Part shown: one piece after another, positions 8,943-17,308 of the stretch
Layout: every line of letters starts with the position of its first letter
Numbering within the stretch: the stretch's first letter is position 1
Assembly (NCBI RefSeq): GCF_000940845.1
Contig: NZ_CP010341.1
Location: 2,370,001 to 2,402,000, forward strand
Length of the DNA stretch: 32,000 bases
Origin: Propionibacterium freudenreichii subsp. freudenreichii
GTDB taxonomy: Bacteria > Actinomycetota > Actinomycetes > Propionibacteriales > Propionibacteriaceae
Direction of reading: 5' to 3'
Position numbers and translations under genes: made by a program
The notes under the pieces: generated by a model
Seen by the model: the letters and a program-made list of their open reading frames with translations, nothing else
What the model was told of the DNA's origin: nothing
Database searches by the model: none

Positions 8943-9806
8943 ATGGCCATGACGTTTCGCCTGCGTGCCCGCCCCGTGATCGCCGCCCTGTCCGTGCTGG
9001 CTCTGGCCGCGTGCGCGCAGCCGCCCTCGGCGCGTCATACCGAGACGGGTGACGGACCCACCTCGCCCGCCTCCAGCGCCTCGTCATCGGCCACCGGGGC
9101 ACAGGCGATCCGTGGCTTCGATTTCGTCCACGCCGACTGGTACGACGCGAACGGCAATGCCACCGTGCGCAATGGCGCGTCGGCCAGCCCCGAGGCCAGC
9201 GACAAGTCATGGGCCAAGGTCGATGAGGCCAATGCCGGCAATGCCACGCAGTTCGGCGACCTGAATGGCGACGGATTCGCCGACGCCGTGGCATGGATCA
9301 CCGTGGGCAACGGGTCGAGCTACTGGCACTACGCCTATGTGTGGCTGTGGGACGACGCGCAGCACACGGCAGTGCAGCTGCACCAGCCGGTGACCGACGA
9401 CAAGCAGTGCGGCAATGTGACCAAGACGTTGACGATCTCGGACGCGAAGATCACCGTCGACCGGCTGATCCGTGCCGGGGAGGCCTGCTCCGACCAGCCG
9501 GCGCATCCGGTGGCGAACACCATCGCGATCGAGGGTGGCTTCCCGGTGCGCGAGACGCCGGTGCGGGCCAGCACGATGCCGGCCCTGGCTGCTTCCTCCG
9601 ACGCCATGCAGCCGGGCGCGCAGTTGAAGAAGCCGCTCAAGCTGGCACCGGCTGCGGACGCCCCCGAGCTGGACCTCGGCCAGGTGAGCTTCATCGTGCT
9701 GGGCGGTCAGCGCGGCACCCTCGACAACGGCTTCCACCAGGTGCTGTTCCGCGCGTCCGGTGACCCGGTCACCTGGTACACGGCGTACACCGACGAGATC
9801 CAGTAA
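8943..9806 (+). CDS. Secreted lipoprotein of unknown function
   Basis: Signal peptide with lipobox (VLALAAC), then a Ser/Ala-rich linker and an FG-GAP/VCBS-like stretch FGDLNGDGFADAV. Confidence 0.75.
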   Translation: MAMTFRLRARPVIAALSVLALAACAQPPSARHTETGDGPTSPASSASSSATGAQAIRGFDFVHADWYDANGNATVRNGASASPEASDKSWAKVDEANAGNATQFGDLNGDGFADAVAWITVGNGSSYWHYAYVWLWDDAQHTAVQLHQPVTDDKQCGNVTKTLTISDAKITVDRLIRAGEACSDQPAHPVANTIAIEGGFPVRETPVRASTMPALAASSDAMQPGAQLKKPLKLAPAADAPELDLGQVSFIVLGGQRGTLDNGFHQVLFRASGDPVTWYTAYTDEIQ

Positions 9807-10569
9807 TCAGCCGGCGTCCATCGCCAGCTGCTCACCGGTCAACGAATACCAGCCGGTGCGGGCGTCCGAGCCCGTTCCGCTGGACACCCTGGCCACCACC
9901 TCGTTGAATCTGTCGGACCATGCGACCTGCACGACGCTGGCCGAGCCCTGTTGCGCGGGCAGGCCGGTGGTCTGCAGGTGCCCGACGAGGGAGGCGACAT
10001 CCACCGCGTTGATGTCGAAGCGGTGGGCCTCCAGCTGCGCGGCATCGGCGGGCGCATCGAGTGTGGTGGTGGGCAGCATGGTGCCGTCGGCGGCGCTGCA
10101 CAACCGCGACTGGCGCAGCCATGTGTTGGTGCCATCGGGCTCGGCCTGGCGCCACAGCGCCTCGACGCCGCAGCTGCCGCCGGTGATACCCAGCCCCGCC
10201 GTGGCGCTCCCGGCGTCGGCCAGCACGGTGAGCTGGCCCACCTGCCCGCCGGGAGCGAGCTGGCGCAACTGCCGCAGCACGATCTCCAGGGAGGTGCCGG
10301 CGGCGAACGAATCGAGCTCGTAGACATTGGCCACGCCGATGCGGTTCGGCGAGCTGAAGCCCTTGATCAGGTTGGTGCTGACCTGCGCCTCGGGCGAGTT
10401 GCACCGTGATGTGTACCGGATGGCGCCGCCCCAGCTGACCGTGGCGTCGACCTGGGCGTCGGAGGCCTCGCACTGGTCGTCCTGGCCACGCAGGTCGGTC
10501 CAGGCCGCCATGAGCGCGCTCGGGGCGAAGCCGTCGCCGGAGACCACGCCATTGGTGGGCGTCAATGGC
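9807..10569 (-). pseudogene. 3' fragment (about 252 codons) of a membrane-anchored protein gene interrupted by the IS element
   Basis: The reading frame runs straight into the left IS end. The codon phase of the duplicated CAATGG (Pro-Leu) is identical to that of the copy at 12048-12053, so removing the IS restores one ORF reading ...VANQPLTPTNGVVSGDGF... Confidence 0.8.
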
Positions 10570-10588
10570 GTAACTGTTCAGCTGGTGG
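10570..10588. repeat. IS left inverted repeat GTAACTGTTCAGCTGGTGG
   Basis: Reverse-complement match to 12030-12048 with a single mismatch (C versus G at position 13). Confidence 0.9.
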
Positions 10589-10660
10589 GTTCGGGGGTCT
10601 GGCGGGGTGTGCGGCGTGTCGCGTCGCTGGTCCGGGGGCTGGAGGTGGAGTATTCGGGGC

Positions 10661-12040
10661 ATGCCGCGGTCGCGTAAACCCACCTATGACGAGCTGGTCG
10701 GGCTGGTGGCCGCCCAGGCGGCCCAGATCGCTGAGTTGGAACGCCAACTCGGGTCGACCTCGCGCAACTCGTCGAAGCCACCCTCGGCAGACGGGTTGGC
10801 CAAGCCGGCCCCGAAATCCTTGCGGCGCCCCTCAGAACGGCACCCGGGCGGCCAGCCCGGCCATCCGGGTGCGGCCCTGCGCCAGGTCGATCATCCCGAT
10901 CACATCGTGACCCACGCCCCGGACCGGTGCCCGGCCTGCGGCGGGGTCCTGGACGAGTGCTGCGACGTGGGTGTGGTGGCCCGGCAGGTGGTCGACCTGC
11001 CCCAGGTGCGCGCGGTGGTGACCGAGCACCAGATCCTCACCCGCCGGTGCGCCTGCGGGCACCTGACGGCGGGGACGGCTCCGGCCGGGGTGGCCGCGCC
11101 GGTCTCCTACGGGCCGGCGGCCCGTGCGGCGATGGTCTACCTGGCCGCCGGCCAGTACATACCGATCAGGCGGGTCGCGGTGACCATGGCCGACCTGCTG
11201 GGGATGCCCGTGTCGACCGGGGCGGTGGCCGCCGCCGTCGAACAGGCGGGCGGTGAGCCCCTGGACGCCTTCACCGGCCAGGTGGCGGGCCGGATCGCCG
11301 CATCCCCTGTCGTCCACGCCGATGAGACCGGGCTGCGGGTCGCTGGGAAGCTGCACTGGGTCCACTCGGCCTCCACCGGTCAGTACTCGCATATCAGTGT
11401 GCACCGGCGGCGGGGCCGGGCGGGGATGGATGCCGCCGGCATCCTGCCCGGCTGCACCGGTGTGCTGGTCCATGACGCGTGGGCCCCCTACGACACCTAC
11501 GAGCACGTGGACCACCAACTGTGCTGCGCCCACCTGATCCGCGAACTGGTCGCGGTGGCCGACCACCACGACGCCCACGACCCGCCCGGGGCGTTCTGCT
11601 GGGCCCGCCAGGTCCTCGACGCCCTCCTGCCGCTGATCCGCGATCCCCACGCCGCCGCAGGACAGGCCGACCCCGGACTGCTGGAGGCCGGGCGGCGTCT
11701 CATCGTCGACGCAGCACGACTGGGTGCGGATTCGGGAGTGCCCGGGAAGGTCGGGGCGAAGCACCGCGCCCTGGCCCGGCGGATCAGTGCCCGGATCGAC
11801 GACTACCTGCGCTTCGCCACCACACCGGGCCTGGCACCCGACAACAACGCCGCTGAACGCGAGATCCGCATGGTCAAGGTGCATCAGAAGGTCTCGGGAT
11901 GCCACCGCACTCTGACCGGCGCCGAGGGCTTCCTCCGGCTGCGCTCCTACCTGTCCACCGCCACCAAGCAGGCCTGCAACACCTACCAGGTCCTCGTCGA
12001 CCTGTTCAACGGACAGGCCTGGACCCCAGCCACCACCTGA
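10661..12040 (+). CDS. IS66-family transposase (TnpC-like)
   Basis: N-terminal leucine-zipper-like helix (LVGLVAAQAAQIAELERQL), the hallmark NSSKPPSAD, a zinc-finger CPACGG...C..C, and DDE-region motifs HADETG, VLVHDAWAPY and CCAHLIRE. ATG 10661 is preceded by GGAGGTGGAG. The stop lies inside the right IR. Confidence 0.9.
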   Translation: MPRSRKPTYDELVGLVAAQAAQIAELERQLGSTSRNSSKPPSADGLAKPAPKSLRRPSERHPGGQPGHPGAALRQVDHPDHIVTHAPDRCPACGGVLDECCDVGVVARQVVDLPQVRAVVTEHQILTRRCACGHLTAGTAPAGVAAPVSYGPAARAAMVYLAAGQYIPIRRVAVTMADLLGMPVSTGAVAAAVEQAGGEPLDAFTGQVAGRIAASPVVHADETGLRVAGKLHWVHSASTGQYSHISVHRRRGRAGMDAAGILPGCTGVLVHDAWAPYDTYEHVDHQLCCAHLIRELVAVADHHDAHDPPGAFCWARQVLDALLPLIRDPHAAAGQADPGLLEAGRRLIVDAARLGADSGVPGKVGAKHRALARRISARIDDYLRFATTPGLAPDNNAAEREIRMVKVHQKVSGCHRTLTGAEGFLRLRSYLSTATKQACNTYQVLVDLFNGQAWTPATT

Positions 12041-12048
12041 ACAGTTAC
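12030..12048. repeat. IS right inverted repeat CCACCACCTGAACAGTTAC
   Basis: Reverse complement of the left IR (18/19). It supplies the premature TAA (12047-12045 on the minus strand) that ends the 5' gene fragment. Confidence 0.9.
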
Positions 12049-12377
12049 AATGGCTGGTTGGCAACCAACTCGACGGGTTTCTGCGGCAGCGCCCGCCAGC
12101 GCTGCTCGGCACCGTCGCCGGTGCGCACGGTGACCTCCAGGGCGAAGTCCGTGAGCCGCAACGCGGTGACGCCGACCGCCCCGGAACGCTGCAGGGTGCT
12201 GCCGACGGCCCAGTCGATGAAGCCCTGGCTGGCGGCGACATCATCACGCGGGATGTCCTCTCGCATCCGGGCGCGCATGCCGGGCAGCACGGCGGCGATC
12301 GCCACGAGCACCACCAGCACGAGCACCGCGGGCAGCAGCGGGGAGCGGGGCGGGCGCAGGGACGACGCCTCAGCCAC
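12049..12377 (-). pseudogene. 5' fragment (about 109 codons) of the IS-interrupted membrane-anchored protein gene
   Basis: GTG 12377, then the N-terminal TM anchor LLPAVLVLVVLVAIAAVL. Translation stops 1 codon into the IS. The start overlaps the stop of the upstream nucleotidyltransferase-fold gene (GTGGCTGA). Confidence 0.8.
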
Positions 12378-13203
12378 GGGCGTCCGGGGCGTCCACGGGT
12401 GGACGAGGGGGCTCGATGCCGGCGCCCTGCGCGGGCGTGCCGGCCATCAGCACCCGCTCGCTCAGCTCGTCGACAAGGTCCTGCACGCGTTCGATGAGCG
12501 TGCGTTCGGCCGGGCCGCGCGGGGTCGGTTCCTCCACGGCGTACCACCACTCGTCGGCCCAGGTGATGAGCGGCTCCCAGCGCGGGAACTCGGCGGCGGT
12601 GAACAGGGCGGCCTCGCGCTTGGACGCCTGGCGCAGCAACCGGGCCGAGTACCAGGCACGGCACATGGTGAGCACGGCGTACACCTGCTGGTCCATGCGG
12701 GTGTGGCTGCGCGTCCACTGTGGCCAACCCGCCGCATGCTGGCGCACCGCGCGCAGGAACTCGTCGCGGGAGAACTCGGGCAGCACGGTGTCGGCGGGGT
12801 CACCCACCAGGTCGACCGAGCGTTCCCGGATCGATTCCCAACTCAGCACGTTCAGCTCGGTGAGCGGTTCCAGGTGCAGGGTCTCGCCGGCCTCCGAACG
12901 CAGTCCGACGTGCTGGCCGGTGCGGAATCCCGCCAGGCCGGGCAGCCCGACATATTCGATGTCGATGCGGTCGCCCCAGCCACTGAACTCGTCCTCCACG
13001 CCGGCGTGGATGTCGCGCACGGTGTCGAGCATCGCGCGGTCGGGATCGACGTCGGTGACCACGAGCAGGTTGACGGTGGCCTGGCTGGGGCTGAAGTCGG
13101 TGTCGGCTAGCCCGCCGCCCAGGTAGATGCCGACCACGCGCTCGCCGACCGCTTCCATGATCGCCCCGACCAGGGCCATGAGTAGATCCTCTTCGACAAG
13201 CAT
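12370..13203 (-). CDS. Nucleotidyltransferase-fold protein with DUF4111-like C-terminal domain (AadA/ANT(3'')-like architecture)
   Basis: The layout is collinear with aminoglycoside adenylyltransferase AadA: a G-rich NTase loop (IYLGGGL...), a central helical region, and C-terminal ...VLTMCRAWYS...KREAA... ATG 13203 with RBS AAGGGAGG is preferred over the track start at 13518. Confidence 0.7.
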   Translation of the reverse strand: MLVEEDLLMALVGAIMEAVGERVVGIYLGGGLADTDFSPSQATVNLLVVTDVDPDRAMLDTVRDIHAGVEDEFSGWGDRIDIEYVGLPGLAGFRTGQHVGLRSEAGETLHLEPLTELNVLSWESIRERSVDLVGDPADTVLPEFSRDEFLRAVRQHAAGWPQWTRSHTRMDQQVYAVLTMCRAWYSARLLRQASKREAALFTAAEFPRWEPLITWADEWWYAVEEPTPRGPAERTLIERVQDLVDELSERVLMAGTPAQGAGIEPPRPPVDAPDARG

Positions 13204-13305
13204 GGCGCACCTCCCTTTCGTCCTATCCTCGCGCGTCGTGGCGCGCGATGCCACGCCCGGGGGCGACAAGCCGGCATGGCGGATGTCGCCGGCTGCTGGA
13301 TCGTC

Positions 13306-13311
13306 TAGTCT
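13306..13311 (+). promoter_or_regulatory. Possible -10 hexamer TAGTCT giving a leaderless mutarotase transcript
   Basis: A TANNNT hexamer ends 6 nt before the A of ATG 13318, and no RBS lies between them. This geometry is typical of leaderless actinobacterial mRNAs. Confidence 0.3.
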
Positions 13312-13317
13312 CAGGAC

Positions 13318-14214
13318 ATGCAAGACATCACACTTCCTGAGGGGCTGCGTCTCAACGAAGAGAGCCCCACCAATGACCAGTCCGGAGCTGGGTTCGCCAC
13401 CATCGACGTGTCGACGCGCCTGTGCACCGGACGCATCCACCTGCATGGCGCCCAGGTGACCGCCTGGCAGCCGCGTGGCGCCAGCGAGCCGGTGTTCTGG
13501 CAGAGTGCCCAGGCCCAATTGGCCTCTGACAAGGCGATTCGTGGCGGGGTTCCGATCTCGTTCCCGTGGTTCGCCGATGGCCGCTCACACAATCAGAAGC
13601 CGGCCCACGGCCTGGCGCGACTGGCCGATTGGAAGCTCGTCGACGCCTCCTCGACGCCCGGTGGCGAGGTGACGGTGCGCCTGCGCCTCGACGACGAGAC
13701 GCTGGCGAAGTCGAAGTTCGCGCCGGACGCCGAGGTGACGCTGGTGGTGACCATGGGCGTGGCCGTCCAGATGTCGCTGGTGGTGCGCGCCGGCAGCGCC
13801 GCATGCCATTTCGAGGACGCGATGCACAACTACTTCCATGTGGGCGATGTCACCCGGGCCAGCGTCAAGGGCCTGGACGCTGCGCGCTACCTGGACAAGG
13901 TGAGCGGACGCGACGGCCAGCTGCAGGAGGGGCCGGTGACCTTCAGCGGCGAGACCGACCGCGTCTACCAGTCGGTGGCCAGCGCCTCGATCGTCGACCC
14001 GGTGCTCAACCGCACGATCCGCATCGAGAAGAGCGGCTCGGAGAGCACCGTGGTGTGGAACCCGTGGAGCAAGCGCAGCGAGAAGGACTTCGGCATGGCG
14101 CCGGGCGAATGGCAGCAGATGGTCTGCGTCGAGACCGCCAATGCGCTGGCCGACGAGGTCTACCTCGAGGCCGGCGAGAAGCATGTGCTCAGCCAGGTGA
14201 TCTCGCTGGGCTGA
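13318..14214 (+). CDS. D-hexose-6-phosphate mutarotase (glucose-6-phosphate 1-epimerase, YeaD/aldose-epimerase family)
   Basis: Motifs IRGGVPISFPWF, AHGLARL..W, FHVGD, ETDRVY and VVWNPW match the YeaD-type epimerase family. Confidence 0.8.
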   Translation: MQDITLPEGLRLNEESPTNDQSGAGFATIDVSTRLCTGRIHLHGAQVTAWQPRGASEPVFWQSAQAQLASDKAIRGGVPISFPWFADGRSHNQKPAHGLARLADWKLVDASSTPGGEVTVRLRLDDETLAKSKFAPDAEVTLVVTMGVAVQMSLVVRAGSAACHFEDAMHNYFHVGDVTRASVKGLDAARYLDKVSGRDGQLQEGPVTFSGETDRVYQSVASASIVDPVLNRTIRIEKSGSESTVVWNPWSKRSEKDFGMAPGEWQQMVCVETANALADEVYLEAGEKHVLSQVISLG

Positions 14215-14235
14215 GGCCCGATCGCCCACGACGTC

Positions 14236-14283
14236 CACAGGGGCGGGTGGGGCACCCTCCACGGTGCCCCACCCGCCCCTGTG
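14236..14283. terminator. Perfect 21-bp-stem, 6-nt-loop hairpin between the convergent mutarotase and uvrA2-like genes
   Basis: CACAGGGGCGGGTGGGGCACC ctccac GGTGCCCCACCCGCCCCTGTG, with exactly reverse-complementary arms. The 3' arm shares 16 of its first 17 nt with the hairpin at 5873-5889. Confidence 0.65.
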
Positions 14284-14289
14284 CTGGGT

Positions 14290-16572
14290 CTACCCGTCGC
14301 TGACGGCCCGCACGACGCTGTCATAGTTGGCGAGCGCCTGCCCGGTCACCGATTCGGGCACACCGAGCGAACCCTCGGGCGTGCCGGAATACAGGATGTG
14401 CCCGCCGTAGACGCCGGCACCGGGGCCCACGTCGATGAGCCGGTCGGCCTGGCTGATCACCTGCAGGTTGTGTTCCACCAGGATCAGCGTGTTGCCCTGG
14501 GCGACCAGCTCGTCGAACAGGGTGATGAGCCCGGCGACGTCGCTGAGGTGCAGCCCGGCGGTCGGCTCGTCGAGCAGGTAGATGCTGCCCACCCGGTTGA
14601 GTTCGCCGGCGAGCTTGAGGCGTTGCAGTTCGCCGCCTGACAGGGTGGTCATCGACTGGCCGAGCGTCAGATAGCCCAGGCCCACCCGCGCCACATTGTC
14701 GAGCTTGGCGTGCACCTCGGGCACCGGCGCGAAGAACTCCAGGGCGTCGTTGATGGCCATGGTGAGCACCTCGGCGATGTTCTTGCCGCGGTACAGGTAG
14801 CCCAGCGCCCGGTCGTTGTAGCGCTGGCCGTGGCACTGCTCGCATTCCTGCACCACCGGATCCATGAAGGCCATGTTGGTGATGGTGACGCCCTTGCCCT
14901 TGCAGCGTGGGCAGGCGCCCCGCCCGTTGTAGCTGAACCACGACGTGGCCACGTGGTTCGCCGCCGCGAACAGCTTGCGGATCACGTCGAGCACCTCGAG
15001 GTAGGTGGCCGGCGTCGAACGGATGTTCACGGTGATGGCGCTCTGGCGCAGGTCGACGTAGTCGCCGTGCAGCTGCTCGCGCAGGGCCTCGATCAGCGAG
15101 CTCTTGCCGGCCCCGGCCACACCCGAGATCACCGTCTCGACGCCCAGCGGCACGTCCACCGAGACGTCGTGCAGGTTGTGCAGGCCCACATGGCGCAGCG
15201 CCAGGCTCCCGGTGGCCGGCCGCGGCGCGCGGTAGCGCAGGGGCTGGTGCAGCATGCGAGCGGTGAGGGTGTCGGACGCCATCAGCTCGCCGTAGCTGCC
15301 GGTGAAGGTGACGGTGCCACCGGCACTGCCGGCCCCGGGGCCGATCTCGATCACGTGGTCGGCCATCGCGATCACCTCGGGATTGTGCTCCACGATCAGC
15401 ACGGTGTTGCCGCGCGCCTTCAGCTTGCGCAGCGCCTTGTTGATCAGGGCGATGTCGTGCGGGTGCAGGCCGACGCTGGGCTCGTCGAGGATGTACACCA
15501 GGTCGACGAGCTCGCTGGTGAGGAACTTGGCGATCTTGATGCGTTGGGTCTCGCCGCCCGACAGGGTGCTGGTGATGCGGTCGAGCGTCAGATAGCCCAG
15601 GCCGATGTCGATGAGCGATTGCACCTTGGTGTGCAGCTGGCGCACCACCTCGGCCACCAGCGGCTCGGTGACCGAATCGAGGAAGTCGCGGGCGTGCACC
15701 AGGTCCATCCGCGACACATCGGCGATGTTGAGCTGGTTGATCCGGCTGGTGAGCGCACCGGGACGCAGCCGCGTGCCGCCGCAGGCCGGGCAGGGCCGAC
15801 GCGTGACGATGGCGGCCAGGGCCTCGAGGTGGTGCGCCGCCTCCTTCTTGCCGATGATCGAGCGACGGATGCGCGGGATCACCCCCTCGTAGAGCGCCGA
15901 CTTCGGCCAGGCCGCCGGGGCATCGGTGAGGCGGTGGCGCGGCGCATTCATCAGGGTGTCGTATTCGTCGGGCGTGTAGTCGCGCACCGGCTTGTCGTTG
16001 TCGAACAAGCCGCTGTTGGCGTAGCGCTTCCACCGCCAGGTGTTGGGGCCGAAGCTGACGAAGGTGATGGCGCCCTGGTTGAGTGACTTGTCGGGATCGA
16101 TGAGCTTCGACTCGTCGATGTCGTCGACATATCCCAGGCCCTGGCAGCGCGGGCACATACCTTGCGGCAGGTTGAACGAGAAGGTGTCGGAGTAGCCGAC
16201 GAAGGGCTTGCCGGCGCGGCTGAACAGCAGCCGCAACAGCGAGTAGATGCCGGTGTAGGTGGCCAGCGTGGAGCGCACCGAGGTGTGCATGCGTTGCTGC
16301 TCGATGACGATCGCCACCGGAAGGTGGTCGATGGCGCCCACATGGGGCTGGCCGAACTTCGGCAGGTACTGCTGGGTGAAGCTGGGGAAGGTCTCGTTGA
16401 GCTCCCGCCGTGACGACGCGGCGATCGTGTCGAACACCAGCGACGACTTGCCCGAGCCCGACAGCCCCACGAAGGCAGTCACCCGGTACTTGGGGATGGT
16501 GACGCTGACATGCCTCAGGTTGTTCTGCCGGGCGTCGTGCACGCCGATGAAGCCTTGCGGGAACTGATCCAT
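14290..16572 (-). CDS. Class-II UvrA paralogue (UvrA2/DrrC-like ABC ATPase lacking the UvrB-binding domain)
   Basis: About 760 aa, versus about 950 for UvrA. It has two ABC modules (Walker A GLSGSGKSS and GVAGAGKSS; signatures LSGGETQR and LSGGELQR) and zinc-finger CxxC pairs (CPRCQGLG, CPACGGTR, CPRCKGKG, CEQCHGQR). ATG 16572 with RBS AAGGA is preferred. Confidence 0.85.
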   Translation of the reverse strand: MDQFPQGFIGVHDARQNNLRHVSVTIPKYRVTAFVGLSGSGKSSLVFDTIAASSRRELNETFPSFTQQYLPKFGQPHVGAIDHLPVAIVIEQQRMHTSVRSTLATYTGIYSLLRLLFSRAGKPFVGYSDTFSFNLPQGMCPRCQGLGYVDDIDESKLIDPDKSLNQGAITFVSFGPNTWRWKRYANSGLFDNDKPVRDYTPDEYDTLMNAPRHRLTDAPAAWPKSALYEGVIPRIRRSIIGKKEAAHHLEALAAIVTRRPCPACGGTRLRPGALTSRINQLNIADVSRMDLVHARDFLDSVTEPLVAEVVRQLHTKVQSLIDIGLGYLTLDRITSTLSGGETQRIKIAKFLTSELVDLVYILDEPSVGLHPHDIALINKALRKLKARGNTVLIVEHNPEVIAMADHVIEIGPGAGSAGGTVTFTGSYGELMASDTLTARMLHQPLRYRAPRPATGSLALRHVGLHNLHDVSVDVPLGVETVISGVAGAGKSSLIEALREQLHGDYVDLRQSAITVNIRSTPATYLEVLDVIRKLFAAANHVATSWFSYNGRGACPRCKGKGVTITNMAFMDPVVQECEQCHGQRYNDRALGYLYRGKNIAEVLTMAINDALEFFAPVPEVHAKLDNVARVGLGYLTLGQSMTTLSGGELQRLKLAGELNRVGSIYLLDEPTAGLHLSDVAGLITLFDELVAQGNTLILVEHNLQVISQADRLIDVGPGAGVYGGHILYSGTPEGSLGVPESVTGQALANYDSVVRAVSDG

Positions 16573-16747
16573 GGCCGTCCTTGATGGGGGTGCCTTCATC
16601 CTAAACGGCGCCTGTGACATCCCCCGGGGGCTGCCATCGCGGGGCATCGGCGGCCCCCGGGGCGTCCACGGGCTTCGGACTGCGGGCTCCTAGACTTCGG
16701 GAGGGGACGCCTGCCGGCACGCGGCACCCGACATGCAGGAGGTGCAC

Positions 16748-17059
16748 ATGTCCATTGCCTTCCACGGCATCGGCCTGGACGCCGAGGGACGCTGCACGCA
16801 CTACCACCAGGCCTCGGATGTGGTCGCGCTGAAATGCGCGCAATGTGGCCGCTACTACGCCTGTTACCAGTGCCACGATGCGCTGGAGCACCACCGGTTC
16901 GTGGCCACCGGACCCGACGAGCCGGTGCCGACGCTGTGCTGCGCCTGCAATACGGCCCTGAGCCATGAGCAGTACTCACAGGGCGCCTGCCCAGTGTGCG
17001 GCCACGAGTTCAACCCGCTCTGCGCCCTGCACAAGGACATCTACTTCACGGGTCGCTGA
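16748..17059 (+). CDS. CHY-type zinc-finger protein (103 aa)
   Basis: Cys/His spacing CTHYH...CAQCGRYYACYQCHD...H and CCACN...CPVCGHEF is typical of zf-CHY. AGGAGG lies 5 nt upstream of ATG 16748. Confidence 0.75.
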   Translation: MSIAFHGIGLDAEGRCTHYHQASDVVALKCAQCGRYYACYQCHDALEHHRFVATGPDEPVPTLCCACNTALSHEQYSQGACPVCGHEFNPLCALHKDIYFTGR

Positions 17060-17101
17060 GGTCACGCGAGGAGGCCCGGACCCCAGACACGAACATGCGA
17101 A

Positions 17102-17171
17102 GGCCCACCCTCCGGCGAGGCGACGCAGTCCGTAAGATTTTCAGGACAAGTGCCTCGTCGGAGGGTGGGCC
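17102..17171. repeat. Hairpin element copy 1: 19-bp stem enclosing a conserved 26-nt core
   Basis: GGCCCACCCTCCGGCGAGG ... CCTCGTCGGAGGGTGGGCC pairs as 18 Watson-Crick pairs plus one G:T. The core GCAGTCCGTAAGATTTTCAGGACAAG lies at 17125-17150. Confidence 0.85.
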
Positions 17172-17246
17172 GGGCAGATCCCCTATCCACCCAACGACCG
17201 TCCCCCCGCCGGGACATCGACAGCCGGCCGAGCCCAGACATAGGCG

Positions 17247-17308
17247 TGACCCCCGGCAACGCGGCGCAGTCCGTAAGATTTTCAGGACAAGCGCGTTGCC
17301 GGGGGTCA
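17247..17308. repeat. Hairpin element copy 2: 16-17-bp stem enclosing the identical 26-nt core
   Basis: (T)GACCCCCGGCAACGCG ... CGCGTTGCCGGGGGTC(A) pairs perfectly. The core at 17266-17291 is identical (26/26) to that of copy 1. Confidence 0.85.

Larger units (their letters stand above)
10570..12048 (+). mobile_element. IS66-family insertion sequence, single-ORF type, 1479 bp
   Basis: 19-bp terminal inverted repeats with 18/19 match, both starting GTAA as in IS66-family ends. They flank an IS66-type transposase. The element is bordered by the direct repeat (C)AATGGC (10563/4-10569 and 12048/9-12054). Confidence 0.9.

Noticed and set aside
16615-16660. Recurrent CCCCGGGG-type palindromes, here and at about 19487, 27693, 27829 and 28009
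   Set aside because: Short GC-only palindromes are expected by chance at this base composition. No consistent spacing or flanking conservation was seen.
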